The notes beneath the pieces are model-generated. The model worked only from the letters and a program-made list of their open reading frames with translations. It did not search any database and was not told the DNA's origin. Made by a program: the position numbers and the translations under genes. A stretch of DNA of 64,000 bases from assembly GCF_000372725.1 (NCBI RefSeq), contig NW_005202368.1, forward strand, positions 92,045 through 156,044, read 5' to 3'. Source of the DNA: Emiliania huxleyi CCMP1516. Its lineage: Eukaryota. Shown here one piece after another: positions 22,723 to 34,207 of this stretch (positions are counted from its first letter, which is position 1; each line of letters starts with the position of its first letter).

Positions 22723-23333
22723 ACTGCCTCTTCCTCGCTGCTCCACACTGCCGTTGCGTCCGCCCTCGTCTCGGACGCTTGCAGCTCTCAACACCCGCCG
22801 TTGACAGCAGCGAGCAAACGCAGAGACAGCCGTCAGCTTTTGCGTCTCCTACTTAGCGCCTGACGACTCATGCTCCACCGATCCCAGGGATCCATTTTGC
22901 TACCTACGTGCCGAGCCGCTGCCTCTCAGGCTTTTGCCGTCACCTTTGGCAGCGGCTCGGTACCAATGGCCAGTGGAGGTGTCAATGGAGGTGGCCATGT
23001 CCTGCACCCGTGACGCCCAACGACCAGACTGGCTTCGTCTCCCGACAATATACCATAGCACCGTCACAGCAGTGCGTCAGCAAAGAGCACTCAGCAAAAA
23101 CCGTTAGCAAACGAGTGCGGTCGAAAGTGCGGAGTAACATACCGACGATAGTCCGATCCAAGGGTTCAAGTGGCTGCGACGGTCGGGTCCAGCACTCTCC
23201 GCGGGCTGCCTCCACGACCACGGTCGTGCGACGGTCGGCGAGGCCTTGACAGTGGCGAGGACGTCCCACCAGCCATGGGCGGAATGCGAAACTGGACAGA
23301 CATGCTCGAAAGTGGACGGTACGTGCCACGCTT

Positions 23334-25890
23334 TCACGAGAGGGAATTCGAGCGGATCCATTCCTGCTCGCGGGCCTCCTCCTCGACGGTGGCGATGCGA
23401 TCAGCGATCGATGGGGCCTCAACGGGCTCGGCCGCTCCTGGTGCAGGCGCGGGCCAGAGCACCTCGAGCTCCTGTGCCAAGGGGAGCGAGGCAAGGGTGA
23501 GGTGGCGGAGGAGTGCTATTATCCCAGTGTTTCTTGGCTTCTCGCGCGCCTCGAGTCGCGGCATCGGCGCTCCCGGCATCGCCTCTCCTCGGAGCACGAT
23601 CTCGAGCACGGCGAGCCGCTCGCGATCCGACGGCTCGAAGGAGGCTGCGGGCTGGCTGGCTGGCGGCGGCGGCTCGGGCGTCGTCGCCATGCCCTCGCCG
23701 CTGCCGCGCGGCCTCTTCGCGGCGCGTGTGTCCGGCTGCAGCACCCGCTTGCTGCCGACGGATGCCGAGGTCGACGCAGACGACGAGGGCGGCGAGGACG
23801 AGGCAGGCGAGGGCGTGGGCGCGAGCGAGGGCATGGGCATGGGCGAGGCCGAGAGCGCCGGCGTCGTGGCGGACGCACCACCGGTCGCCTTCCGCGCCTT
23901 CCGCTGCCACGTCCACGCCTCCTTCGAGAGCGGCGACGGCAGCACGCCGCTGTTGCGCTCGAGCTCCTCGCGGAGGCGGTCGAGGTCGCCCGAAGCCTCG
24001 TACCCCTCGAGCATGGCCGGGCCGAAGAGCTGCGTGAACTCGAGCTGGTCCTCCGCGTCGCGCTCGCCGTGGCCGTACATGCGCTGCAGCCAGAGCGGGA
24101 CGACGACCGACGTCGACCAGGAGAAGTCGGACTGCCAGTCCGGCTGCTTCCCCGCCTGGTTCTGGTGGAAGTAGTAGCGGAGGATCTTGAGCGAGCACCA
24201 GCAGCGGTCCCGGTCGTCGACGATGCCCTCCTTCCGCAGCGTCTCAAAGTCGCGGCCTCCGTGAACAATCACGGCGTCGAGCATGTCACTCGCCTTCTTG
24301 AGCGCCGACACGTCGAAGGCCTGGCCCATGAGCTGCTGAAACCCCATCTCGTTCTGCAGCGACTCGGCGAGCGCGCCGTTGAGGCTGGGAGCGACGTAGC
24401 CGACGCAGAGACCCGAGATGTGTGGCTGCACCAGCTTCAGGTCCTCCTGCGGTCGCAGTGCCGGAGGAGTGAGGCAAGGGTCGATGCGGAGGAGGGCTGC
24501 GGAGGAAACGGCAGGGCGGACCTGGTCGTACGCGCCGAGGCGCCAGCGCTTGAGGATGGCGCACATCAGCGCCTTCACCATCCACTGAGCGAGGTACTCC
24601 GAGTAGGTGCGCGCCTCGTCGTACATGGAGCGCGGCGCGAGGCCGCCGGGCAGCATGTACTCAAAGGTGCACGTGACGCGCTCGATGGCGTCGGGAAGCT
24701 CGCAGATGTCGCGGACGGGGGAGAGGTCGAGGACCCAGTGCGGCGAGCTGGGGCTGTAGCGGAACCCGGTGAAGAGGCTCACGACCACCTGCCTGTCCAG
24801 CCACTGCCAGCCCCGGTGCGTAGTGGCTCCGATGGCGTGCTGAGTGACGATGCGGACTTCGCCCGTGGAGAGCGTCTCCTCCCGCACCGTCCGCTGCGAC
24901 ACGCCCTTGTAGTGCACGCCGAGGCCGATGGCGTAGACGATCTCTGGCTCGCCGTAGTCGTCGCACTTGAAGTGGGAGAGCACGGTGCACTGCACACCCG
25001 ATACGCCCGGCTTCATGAACGGCGCCCACTCGACCAGCGTCTGCCCGTCCGGCACCGACTTGCCGCCCGCGTCGGCGCTGCTGCTGGGCGCCGAGTCGCC
25101 GCCGCCGTCACTGGGCACCGCAGGCGCGCTGAGCAGAACGACACCGGCGTCGGGCTCCCACTCCCTGTCGTCGTCGTCGTACAGGACGTCAATCTCCACA
25201 CCGCCCACGTCAGCTGCCTCGTTGAACCGGATGCCCTTCGCTGTGCCCACGTAGGCCTTCCCATCGGCGGCCCACCAAACGCTCACCCTCGACCCCTCGC
25301 GCAGGCGCCGCACGACAGGCTCGATGGCGCTGCTGCTGCCGCCGCCGAGCGACGGCGCTGCTCCCGGGCTGGCTGCTGCCGCTGAGCTCGAGGCGGTGAC
25401 GAGCTCGACCATCACCGCGGGCTTCCACTCCTCAACGCCGCCGTCGAAGGTGACGAGGACCTCGACCCCCTCCCCGCTGAAGCGGACCTCTCGCGCCACG
25501 CCCGAGAGGGAGCCGACCTGCACCGCCGAGCCGAGCGACACATGTGGCGGCATCATGATCGCTCGTTTGGCGGCGGCAATGGCGACGGGGACGGCGGAGG
25601 AGGATCCGGTGTGCGCGTGCCACGCGCCCTTCACAGTCTTTGCCTGCTGCCCATTGGGCCCGTGGTAGAGCCCTTGGACTCCACTAGAACTGGGCCGCTC
25701 GCAGGTCCAGCCGGGCGGCATCGGTGCCTGCTGCCCGACTGCGGGAGGGACGGGGACGGCGTCGCTCGCATTTGCAAGAACGGCGCGCTGTGCAGCTGCG
25801 GACTTGCCGACCCGATGCACGCGCCTCTGCACATCCAGCCCTTGCTCCCGGGTGCGGAAAAAGCACTTGATTTCATCCGGTATGCCAGAT
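23334..25890 (-). CDS. Protein with an MBD-like motif, two Tudor-like domains and a large unrecognised globular domain; ends uncertain
   Basis: PPGWTC...LYHGPNGQQAKTVKGAW (MBD-like); GSAVQV...VLVTFDGGVEEW and EGSRVSVWW..DGKAYVG...DVLYDDDDREW (Tudor-like). Probable in-frame intron near 24450-24520. Confidence 0.6.
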
Positions 25891-26743
25891 TCTGACGGGC
25901 CGACGAGATTACGAAGCCTTCCAAGCGTGAGCTTCCAGCAGCATTCAGCGCGGCCATTCTTAGCGCTGACCGTGACTCCGCTCGGTTGAGTGAGGCTGAC
26001 TTTTGCATAAAAGGGGACCTGCGAGTCTGCAAACGGCCATGAATTGCGTCAGCAAATTTGGTGCCGTCAGCAAGTGGCAGGATTCAATGCGGGGCCGTGG
26101 GCTGTGGCGAGGGCAAAGAGGCGAGGGCAGTGGCGTGGGCGTCAGGAAGCCACTGCAGAGCGGTGGCCGAGTGCGGGGTCCGGTGGTGGTGGTGCAGGCT
26201 GCAGACGCTCACCGTCGGAGTCACCGTCCATGTCTGGCGAGCAAGAAGTGGAAACCGGCAGGCTCGGCGCGCTCGCAGTCCTGGAAGCAGGGCAGCATGA
26301 GACGGCTGGGCGACTCAGCTGTGTGCGAGGCAACGGTTGGGACTCGGCCGTTGCGCTGACTGAGCGTTGGTGCGACTGCCGACTGCTGACTGCCGCAACG
26401 CTTGCGCCTCGTGCTCTCTGGAGGTGTGCTGCGCGTGGAGCGGGCGAGGCGTGCGTGCGTAGCGCTCCTTTGCAGCGTCCGATCGGATGTCCGTGAGCTG
26501 GCCTGAGAGACAGCGCGGCGCGCTGCTGCTGCAGTCGAGAGGCCTGCGAGTCCGACTTCGAGCGTGCGCCTGGCGTCGAGGCAGGGTCTTTGTGCGTTTC
26601 CGGGCTGGGTGCGGGTGGCTGCAGGGGACGTCGGATGTCATCCCGCTTCTGCCTCCCTCTCCGCTGCAAGCACGAGCAGAAAATTACTGTGTACGATCTC
26701 ACCAGCCGACAAGACACAAAAGGCTACGATTTTATATTGTGCG

Positions 26744-26824
26744 CCCAGTGCATCTGCGCTGGGCTGTCCACCCCGCCCCCACTTGCCCTGACTGCACAGG
26801 ATAGCCCAGCGCAGATGCACTGGG
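26744..26824. repeat. Hairpin: 22-bp perfect inverted repeat, extending to 26 bp with one mismatch
   Basis: cccagtgcatctgcgctgggct (26744-26765) pairs with agcccagcgcagatgcactggg (26803-26824). Confidence 0.9.
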
Positions 26825-29103
26825 ATCAGCGACAGATCTCCGCTGTCGGCCTCCGCGTGGCAGCCAGAGAGGCTCGACCTCTCGAGCTCGACGTCTCCGC
26901 TGTCGACCATGCCGATGCCGCCGCCATCTCCACCGGACACGGAATCCTTGATGTTCGTGTCGGCCAGCTTGAGGGAGCCCGCACCGGACCCTTGGATGGC
27001 GCCGCCGCCGATCTCGGAGTGGCCATTGACGAGCGTCAGCCCCTGGAGGGTCAGGCTGCAGCCGCCGGAGAGGGAAAAGAGTCGCGAGCGACCCTGGCCG
27101 TCGATAGTCGCGCCAACTCCTTCGCTGCGAACAACGATTGAGATGTTGCCGCTGCATTCCAGCGACGAGTCGAGCACCTCTGCGGCGCGGCGTCTATCCC
27201 CCTCGCACCTTTCCGGAAGCACAAGAGTGTCCACGCGCGCCCACGTGCTTGATTCACCCACGTCTTCCATACACTCGCAGCCAGACTGGCAGTAGCACCA
27301 GCAGTCGTTGGGATCATCGCAGTGGTACTCGACGTTCGTCGTGCTCGAATAATCGTCGGTGCAAGAGTCGATGCAGCGCTGCAGGGAGCAGTCCGAAGCA
27401 AGTCCCTCGCATACCTCCTCGTCGAGATCGCTCCGACACCAGCCCGTAGAAGGGAAGCTCTCCCAGCCAGGGTAGGACAGCGGCGGCGGCGACGGCGACG
27501 GCGGTAACGAAGGTGGCGAGGGCGGCGAGGGCGGTGAGGGCGGCGGCGGCGGAGTGAGCGGCGGCGGCGGCGGAGTGAGCGGCGGCAGCGGCGGAGTGAG
27601 CGGCAATTGAGGCAGCGACTTGCGCACGTCGCAATTTCGATACGTTGCGTCGGGCTGCTCTACCGGGTCCTCACCATGCAGGAACTGGCACCAGCAGGTG
27701 CCGATGCCTCTGCTGTCGATATTGGCGAGCTCGCAGCCGTTGGTCTGCGCAAGCTCGATGCACTCTTCCGGCGAGTCGGCGTGACCGATCGCATGTTCTC
27801 CATCGGTGTGATAATTGGACGTGAACCAAGCGCATGTGCTCCAAAACGGCGAGGAAGGCGGCGACGGCGACGGCGGCGGCGGCGGCGGCGACGGCGGCGA
27901 CGGCGGAGACGGCGGCAACGAAGGGGGCGAAGGCGGTAAGGGCGGCGGCAATGGCGTCGCTCCCAGCATGATGTGGGCGCCAGGGGCGACGAAGATGTAC
28001 GCCTCCTGACCCTCACTCACAGCCTTGTCAATCAAGGAGCGAAGCTCATTCTCTGTCGCTGCGGACACCTCGTTGGGCCGGAGCGGCGGCAGTGGTTGGA
28101 GCGGCGGGCGGGTCGGCGGCGGCGGCGGCGACGGCGGCGGTGACGACGGCGGCGGCGGCGGCGGCCAGCACACCTGCTTTAATCGGGGAGGGGAGGGGGG
28201 GATAGGGCTGGACACCGGGGCTGGGTGAGCGCGAGACCTGAGGAAGGCAGTGCGCAGGGAGCTAGAGAAGCAGAGAGGGGAGCGCGCCTTCCAGCCTGGC
28301 CTGGTGTCATCAGAGTCGGAGACCCATGTCATGCTCCCATCCGACCACGGCACGACCCCGACGGGGCCCGAGGTGCCGCAGTACTTCACGCCGTTGACGA
28401 GGAGGTAGTCGTAGGGGCAGTCATTTGTGGGGTCGCCGTCGCCGTCGTAGTCTCTGTTCGGGAAGTCCTCCTCCTCCACGTCAAAGGCGATCACGACCAG
28501 CCCGACCTGAGGCACGCCGCTGATGGTGCACGCCTCGTTGTTGCCGTAGCCGTTCGGGTAGTTGGGCGAGGTGGCGCACGAGCCGCCGTCGGTGATCGAG
28601 CACAAGCCGGTGGCGCAGACGTCACCGAGTGGGCATGGCATGGCCGCCGGGATGAAGAAGAGCAGCAACAGCCAAAAGACCACCAGCCGACCACCCGCCT
28701 TGTTGACCCGCTGCCCGGAGGCAGCGCCAAAGCGCCGCGCCCACATGCCCAACAACCCGCCGCCGCTGGCTGCGCCGAAGCGCCGCGCCCACATGCCGAG
28801 TAGCCCGATCGCGCCGAAGCGCCGCGCCCACTTGAGCCCGCCGTCAGCTGCGAGGAGGCGGAGCAGCAGCAACCCACTGCCGCAGGCTGCGAGTAGGAGC
28901 AGTAGCGTCGGCGCAGACGTGCTGCTCCACCAGGCGACGGGAGTGTGCCAAACGGCGGTGCTGCCGCCGGCCGGGGCCAGGACCTCGTCCTTCTCCGCGT
29001 TCTTCGAGCGCTTCTGCCCCTCAACCTTGATTGGGCCGACCTTGCTGGCCGAGGAGCCACCCGACCGAAGCTGGCGGAGTGCGAGGCACCCCAGCACCAG
29101 GCG
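26825..29103 (-). pseudogene. Fragment of a large cell-surface protein (CUB-like, Pro-rich linkers, PAN-like Cys domains, GGAI beta-helix repeats), truncated at the hairpin
   Basis: CATSPNYPNGYGNNEACTI...CPYDYLLVNGVKYCG (CUB-like), poly-P tracts, and ATIDGQGRSRLF...GGGAI...GGGI (polymorphic-membrane-protein-like). Confidence 0.7.
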
Positions 29104-29811
29104 GGACCAGACAGCGCCGCCGGCCGTGTCGGTGTCGGCCGTCTCGCTCTCGGTCTGTGGAGAGGCGGAGAGAGCGAGGCTGAAGTATTGTGACGCCGCC
29201 ACACCAATCGCACGCTCGCCTCCGAGCGAAGGGAGACGGGTCGGCGTCTTAAGCTGCAGCACGCCCTCGCCGTGGCCGAGAAGGCCTGGAAACTCCTCCT
29301 CGCTACTCTCGTCCTCCTCCTCCTGGCCCTCCGCTGCCGAGCCGCACGACGAGAGCCGCCCCTCGCCATCGATGAAGACGCTGTGCCAAAGGCCCGCCGC
29401 CGCCCTCGCCGGCGGGTTGGACTCGCGCAGCAAGGCATAGAAGCACAGCCACCGCACGGCGCAGCCCTCGTCCTCCGGCTGCGCCGGCGGCTCGTAGCCG
29501 GCCTCTTGCAGGCGCAAGCGGATGCCCTCCAGCGCGAGCGAGGCGTAGAAGAGCAGCGAGACGGCCGCGACGCGAGCGATGTCGGCGGGGTCGCAGCGAG
29601 AGAGGGCGCGCACGATGAGCTCCGTGGGGAGAGCGAGGAGGCGATAGGGCGGCGGCGTGCTTGGCGAGGGAGCGGCAGTGGAGGCAGACATGTGAGCGAT
29701 GTCGATGGGGTCGCAGCGAGAGACGACGCGCACGAGGAGGTCCGTGGGGAGGTCGAGGAGGCAGTTGGGCGGCGGCGTGTCTTGCGAGGGTGCGGCGGTG
29801 GAGGCGGCGGC
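29104..29811 (-). pseudogene. N-terminal half of the split F-box-like/RCC1 gene, with a tandem 120-bp duplication of the F-box-like motif
   Basis: LLDLPTDLLVRVVSRCDP and LLALPTELIVRALSRCDP, then AAGLWHSVFIDGEGRLSSCG, GLLGHGE and FSLALS...GGAVWS. Likely ATG at 29691. Confidence 0.8.
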
Positions 29812-30162
29812 GATGCGGCGCGAGCGGCGCGAGCCGCGCGGCGGTTTATGTGGACTTTTACAAGAAAAGAAAACAGATTGTCAGGCCCTTCCCCTGCGAA
29901 CGCGCACCCCCGGGGCTAGGGCTCTCTTGCCCGCAACCCGATGCCAATCATCCGGCCCGCTGGGTGCGCTTCTGAGCTCCCCGGCCCTGGATGTACGGTT
30001 GATGACTGCACTCCAAGTGCTCCAAGTGCAAAATCTCGCTGCGAGCCTGTGCGCTGTGGCTGCCTTTTCGTTAATTAAATCCTGTGTTATTGCCAGTGCG
30101 CACCAGTCTTTGCCCAGAATTCTTTAATCCTCTGTACGTGCCGCGCGTGGGTGGCAAGCGCG

Positions 30163-30720
30163 ATGAGCTCGAAGAAAGGCAAAAATAAACACGGGGCACC
30201 TGCGCCTTCAATGCTAGCGTCAAGTGGCAGGAGGCTTGAGATCAGGCTGCGGCCCTCGTCACAGCACAAGCTGCCAGAGGACACGGCGTTGCACATATCG
30301 GTGCCGCCCGACGGCGAGGGCCACAGCCTTGAGATCTCAAGGGCCGCAGCCGCCTGCGTCCTGCCTGAGAGCCGCCCTCGGTCCGCTCCGGCTGGCGACA
30401 CATTTCCAGATCCCGTAACTGGCGAGATGGACTGGGAGGCGGTTGCCGACTTCGTGCGTGGGCAGGGGAGAGCTTGAGGACATCAGCAATGCAAGATCTG
30501 CTGCACGTTCTCGACAACGGCGGATCCATGGAGGAGAATCCATGCCGGCGCTTCCGAGAGGCGAAATTCTCGCTGCGCTCGACCGGGCGCTCCCGGACCA
30601 GGATGACATCTTTGTGATGTATCCGGAAAACCTTCCCGTAGCAGATGGATCAGCTCGAGTTTCGACCAACGCCAGTTGCGCCAACGCTTACGTTCTTTCT
30701 CGCTCGTGCAACGAAATGCC
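30163..30720 (+). pseudogene. Possible frameshifted gene fragment of unknown function
   Basis: ORFs 30151-30477 and 30443 onwards have natural-looking composition and overlap in different frames. No family was recognised. Confidence 0.3.
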
Positions 30721-31639
30721 GCTCCCGCCAATGCTGGACGTGCGCCGTCAAATTCCAGGCCTGGGTGGCACTCCTCGCCGCCGTCGCGGTGCAGCGCGGC
30801 CTCGTCGTCGGTGGGCCCTGGCTGAGGGAGCTCCGCCCGCAGCTGAGCCACTCGGGCAGCCGCGCGCTCGACGGCCGGCCGCAAAAGGCCTCGGGCCGTA
30901 CCAAGGCCACCGTGTTGAGCTTCATGCTGGCAACGGTGTGGCCGCGCAGCGCGAGCAACCCGGGCACGCAAATCTCGACCGCGACGGCGCACGGCGCGGT
31001 GGCGTTGGCGTGCAGGTAGATTCGAAGCGCGACGTCCGCCGCATCCCGCCTCATGAGCAGCGCCGCGTCGCCGTGCTGAAGCGCCGAGTAGGCACCCATC
31101 CAGTTTAGCACATCGGTAGGCTCGGGCAGCGTGCACGTCAGCAATAGGTCGGGCCGCAGCCTGAAGACAAGCGTGTAGGCGGCTCCACGCCGCCGCTCCT
31201 CCGCTTGGAGCGCACCGTGCAGGAGCAGCCAACGAAAGAAGAGCACTGACCAGCGTTGTGGACGGTGCAACAAGGCACCCCGCCAGCGTGGATGATTGCG
31301 CACGACCTCGTCGGGCTCGATGCACAGGTAGACCGGACGGAGGTCGTGACGGAGGGCGGCCGCAAGAGCCTCGGTTCTGGCGTCATCCGTAACGTCCCGC
31401 GCAACACTGCCCACGCTGAAATTGTGCCACGCGCTGTACTCGTGCTCTGGGCTCAGGTGCGCGAGCACACTCGCACCAGTCGGCCGGACCACGTTGAGTA
31501 GCAGCTCACGGCGCACGGGCGGTTCCGCCAGGCTGCGGATCTGCCCGGCCAGCAGCACGGCGACGGACGGGCGTGCGGCGTCGGCCGCCGGTGCGTCGGC
31601 CGCCGACACCATGGACTTGAACGATTTAGGAATCCTCAT
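30650..31639 (-). CDS. Putative glycosyltransferase-like protein
   Basis: VAVLLAGQIRSL...SVLAHLS...YTLVFRLRPDL pattern, shared with 49583-51142. The 3' end may be truncated. Confidence 0.55.
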   Translation of the reverse strand: MRIPKSFKSMVSAADAPAADAARPSVAVLLAGQIRSLAEPPVRRELLLNVVRPTGASVLAHLSPEHEYSAWHNFSVGSVARDVTDDARTEALAAALRHDLRPVYLCIEPDEVVRNHPRWRGALLHRPQRWSVLFFRWLLLHGALQAEERRRGAAYTLVFRLRPDLLLTCTLPEPTDVLNWMGAYSALQHGDAALLMRRDAADVALRIYLHANATAPCAVAVEICVPGLLALRGHTVASMKLNTVALVRPEAFCGRPSSARLPEWLSCGRSSLSQGPPTTRPRCTATAARSATQAWNLTAHVQHWRERHFVARARKNVSVGATGVGRNSS

Positions 31640-31749
31640 CTGGACATCGGCGCAGGTTCTTGCCAAACGCTGTACACAGCGAGTGCCCCCAAGACGGACA
31701 GACCGGAGGCTCCGGCACTTGAAAGATTTTCCGCTCACTAGTAGTCGTT

Positions 31750-31886
31750 GAAGAGAGATCAGAAGAGGCACACTCCCAAGGGTGGGCGACGGCTAGCACC
31801 ACACTCCTCTCCTTAAAATCCCTGTGTGGTGGCGGCGTGCCGTCCTCCCATCCCCCTCCCTTGTGGGTTGTCTGTTTTCTTTCTTT
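31750..31886 (+). mobile_element. Retroposon family A copy
   Basis: Homologous to 9447-9607, with a degenerate flanking repeat tagtagtcgtt / tagttgttgtt. Confidence 0.8.
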
Positions 31887-32059
31887 TAGTTGTTGTTTGT
31901 TTGTGTTCTTTTAGTGCTCCCTTTGCGAGCTTACCCCGAGCTGCAGGTCAGACTCGAGAGACATCGTATTAACATCGACTTACGACTACAACGTCATGCG
32001 CACACAGATCCGATGTGAACACGAAAACCGCATCAGCTGGACACACGCTCACGAGAGGT

Positions 32060-33980
32060 TCACCGCCGCCTTCTTCGGACGAGGAAGGCGCAGTGGTAGC
32101 CGTTGTGGTCCTTGGCCGGGTGGTAGCTGTACCAGCAGCGCCTGTCCACCTCGCTCAGGCCGGGCAGCGCCTCTCCGAGGTGCGCGTCCACGGCGGCCCA
32201 CAGCACCCCGCCCTGCTTTTGGTGCGAGCGATGCGCGACGTGGTGGCCGCTGCCCGTCACGACCCAAACCTCGGCGTGGTGGGAGAGCATCGGAGGAAGC
32301 ACCTCCTCCAGCACCGCCGACACCGTGCTTCGCGACTGGAAGTGCAGGTCCACCAGCCCCCCTCCTGCCCCTCCGCCGCCAGCCTCGTCCTCAAACAGCA
32401 GCGTGAGCGGCCAGACGCTGCCGTCCGGCCTGCGGTGGCAGCGGTTCACGGCGGCGAAGCGCTCCATCGGGTCTGCGATCGCAAAGGCGCTGGCGCCGGC
32501 GCGCGCCGCCAAGTCCACCCACGACTCGGCGGGGATCCGAACCTCCCTCGAGGAGCGGACCACCCTCGGCGGTGCAAGCCGTGGAGGAGGAGGAGGGAGC
32601 CGCGACGCCGGCTCGGACGGCAGCGCGCTCGCCGCCGCGCCGACGCGCCCCGCCCAGGAGCCCGCCGCCGCCACCGCGGCACCCTCCCCGCGCGGCGGTG
32701 ACGGCGCGGCCTGTGGCACGGCCTGTGGCACGGCCTCCGCCTCAAAGGCGCGCCAGCAAGCGTCGCAGTAGAAGAGGCCATCGTCGGGGTCGATGGCGCC
32801 GGCGGCCGAGTCGCTCGCGCACTCGGCGCAGAGCAGCAGGTCGAGTGGCTGCGCCGGCGGCGGGTCCGCCCCGGCCGCCTCCTCTCCCGCCGCCTCTGCC
32901 ACCTCTGCCGCCTCCTCCGCCGCGTCGCCGCGCGGCGGGCTCGGAGGGAGCAGCGCCAGCCGGCTGAGCTCCTCCTCCAGCTCGAGCAGCACGAACGCGT
33001 CGAGCGCCGCGTACTCGAGCTGCTCCGCCGACAGCGGCCTCGCGGCCCAGTCGGAGCTCTGGCGCGACTTGTCAAGACTCGCTCGCAGCAGCGCCTCGCA
33101 TGCGCCGGCCAACCCAACCACCGTCCGGCGCGGCGAGCCGACCGCCCTCGTCGCGGCGCGCTGCAAGTCGCGCATGTTCGCGGCGCCTTCGGTGACGCCC
33201 GGCAGCGAGGTCTCGAGCCGGCGAAGGTCCTCGCCGGAGGCGAAACCGAGCTTCTCGCTTTCCTCGGCGCGGAGCAGGCGGAGGAGGCAGCGCCGCAGCT
33301 CCGAGCGGCTCTCCTCGGCGCCGGGCGAGGCGAAGGCGGCGACGTCGACGACAAAAGCCTCGCGCCGCGTGGCGAGCTGCAGCAGCTGCAGCGAGCCGTC
33401 GTCGTCGGAAGGGTTCTCGTGGCGGTTGCGCGGCCGCCACTCGCAGTCGAACGCAACAGGCTCTCCCCGAGACACCGCCTCGTCGAGCGCAGCGGAGAGG
33501 GCGGCGATCCCGGCCCCGCCTTGGACAGAGAGGACCCGTGGGGGCCGCTTCGGCGCGCGGAGTGGAGGCGAGGAAAAGGGACGCTCCTCGGCCGAGGCGG
33601 CGCCTCGGCGCGTCTCCGGCGTCCCTTGCTTCTGCGGCGGCCTCACTGACGGCGCGTCCTGCGGCTCCTCCGTCTCCAACAGGTCCTCCTGCCACACACC
33701 GCCCGCGAGCAGCGGCATCCGCCTCTGCCCGCTCGCCGGCGCCGCCAGCTCGCGGCCGACCGGCGCGGCTGCTGCTGCGTGCTTGGCACCGCCGCCGAGG
33801 CTGGCCGCCGCGAGCGTTCCTGCAATAGTGTCGACTGGCGCCGGATGGCGGTATAGGCAGCCGCGGGTTTTACAGGCGCTCCCCCACTCGCACGCTATCA
33901 GCGCGTACTTGCGGCGCAGCTCCTGGGCAGGCGGCGCCGTACGTGCAGAGCGGCAGCTGCGGCTTCTTCTTGGGCCATTG
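32060..33980 (-). CDS. CCCH zinc finger + DEDDy 3'-5' exonuclease (WRN/EXD/Mut-7-like) + Zn ribbon + Smr domain protein; 5' end damaged
   Basis: CEWGSACKTRGCLYRH; VAFDCEWRP, LLQLAT, KLGF..EDL and SDWAARPLSAEQLEYAALDA; CAEC...YCDACW; Smr motifs VDLHFQS...VWVVTGSGHH. Confidence 0.85.
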
Positions 33981-34087
33981 CCGTCCGGGAATAAGATAAG
34001 AATTCTTAAGACACAAGCCTCTCTGAAGATAAGAAATCGCGTTTGCCCAAGGCGACGGCCGGCGCGACAGCGGTTTGTACTCTGAAG

Positions 34088-34150
34088 GGTAAGGTAAGGT
34101 AAGGTAAGGTAAACTTCTCCACACACACGAGGTGGTGGGGCAAGGGGGGG
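34088..34150 (-). mobile_element. Retroposon family B, 63-bp 5'-truncated copy with 12-bp TSD
   Basis: TGTACTCTGAAG at 34076-34087 and 34151-34162; (TAAGG)n tail. Confidence 0.92.
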
Positions 34151-34207
34151 TGTACTCTGAAGCCTCAACCGGTGCTTACCCTCGCGTGAACTAGGGTGGA
34201 TGCACGG

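Noticed and set aside
22369..22863. ER- and SL-repeat ORFs, and CV-repeat ORFs at 47708-48504
   Set aside because: They are translations of the CT and GT microsatellites.
21175..29103. The 7.9-kb insert as a giant spliceosomal intron
   Set aside because: A GT can be placed at the minus-strand start using the shared GTCC, but the other end reads ...TAATCT, not AG.
26638..29733. The 1031-aa ORF as a single bona fide gene
   Set aside because: It joins a cytosolic RCC1 N-half to an extracellular-protein fragment, reads through an apparent intron and ends inside a hairpin, so it is treated as a chimera.
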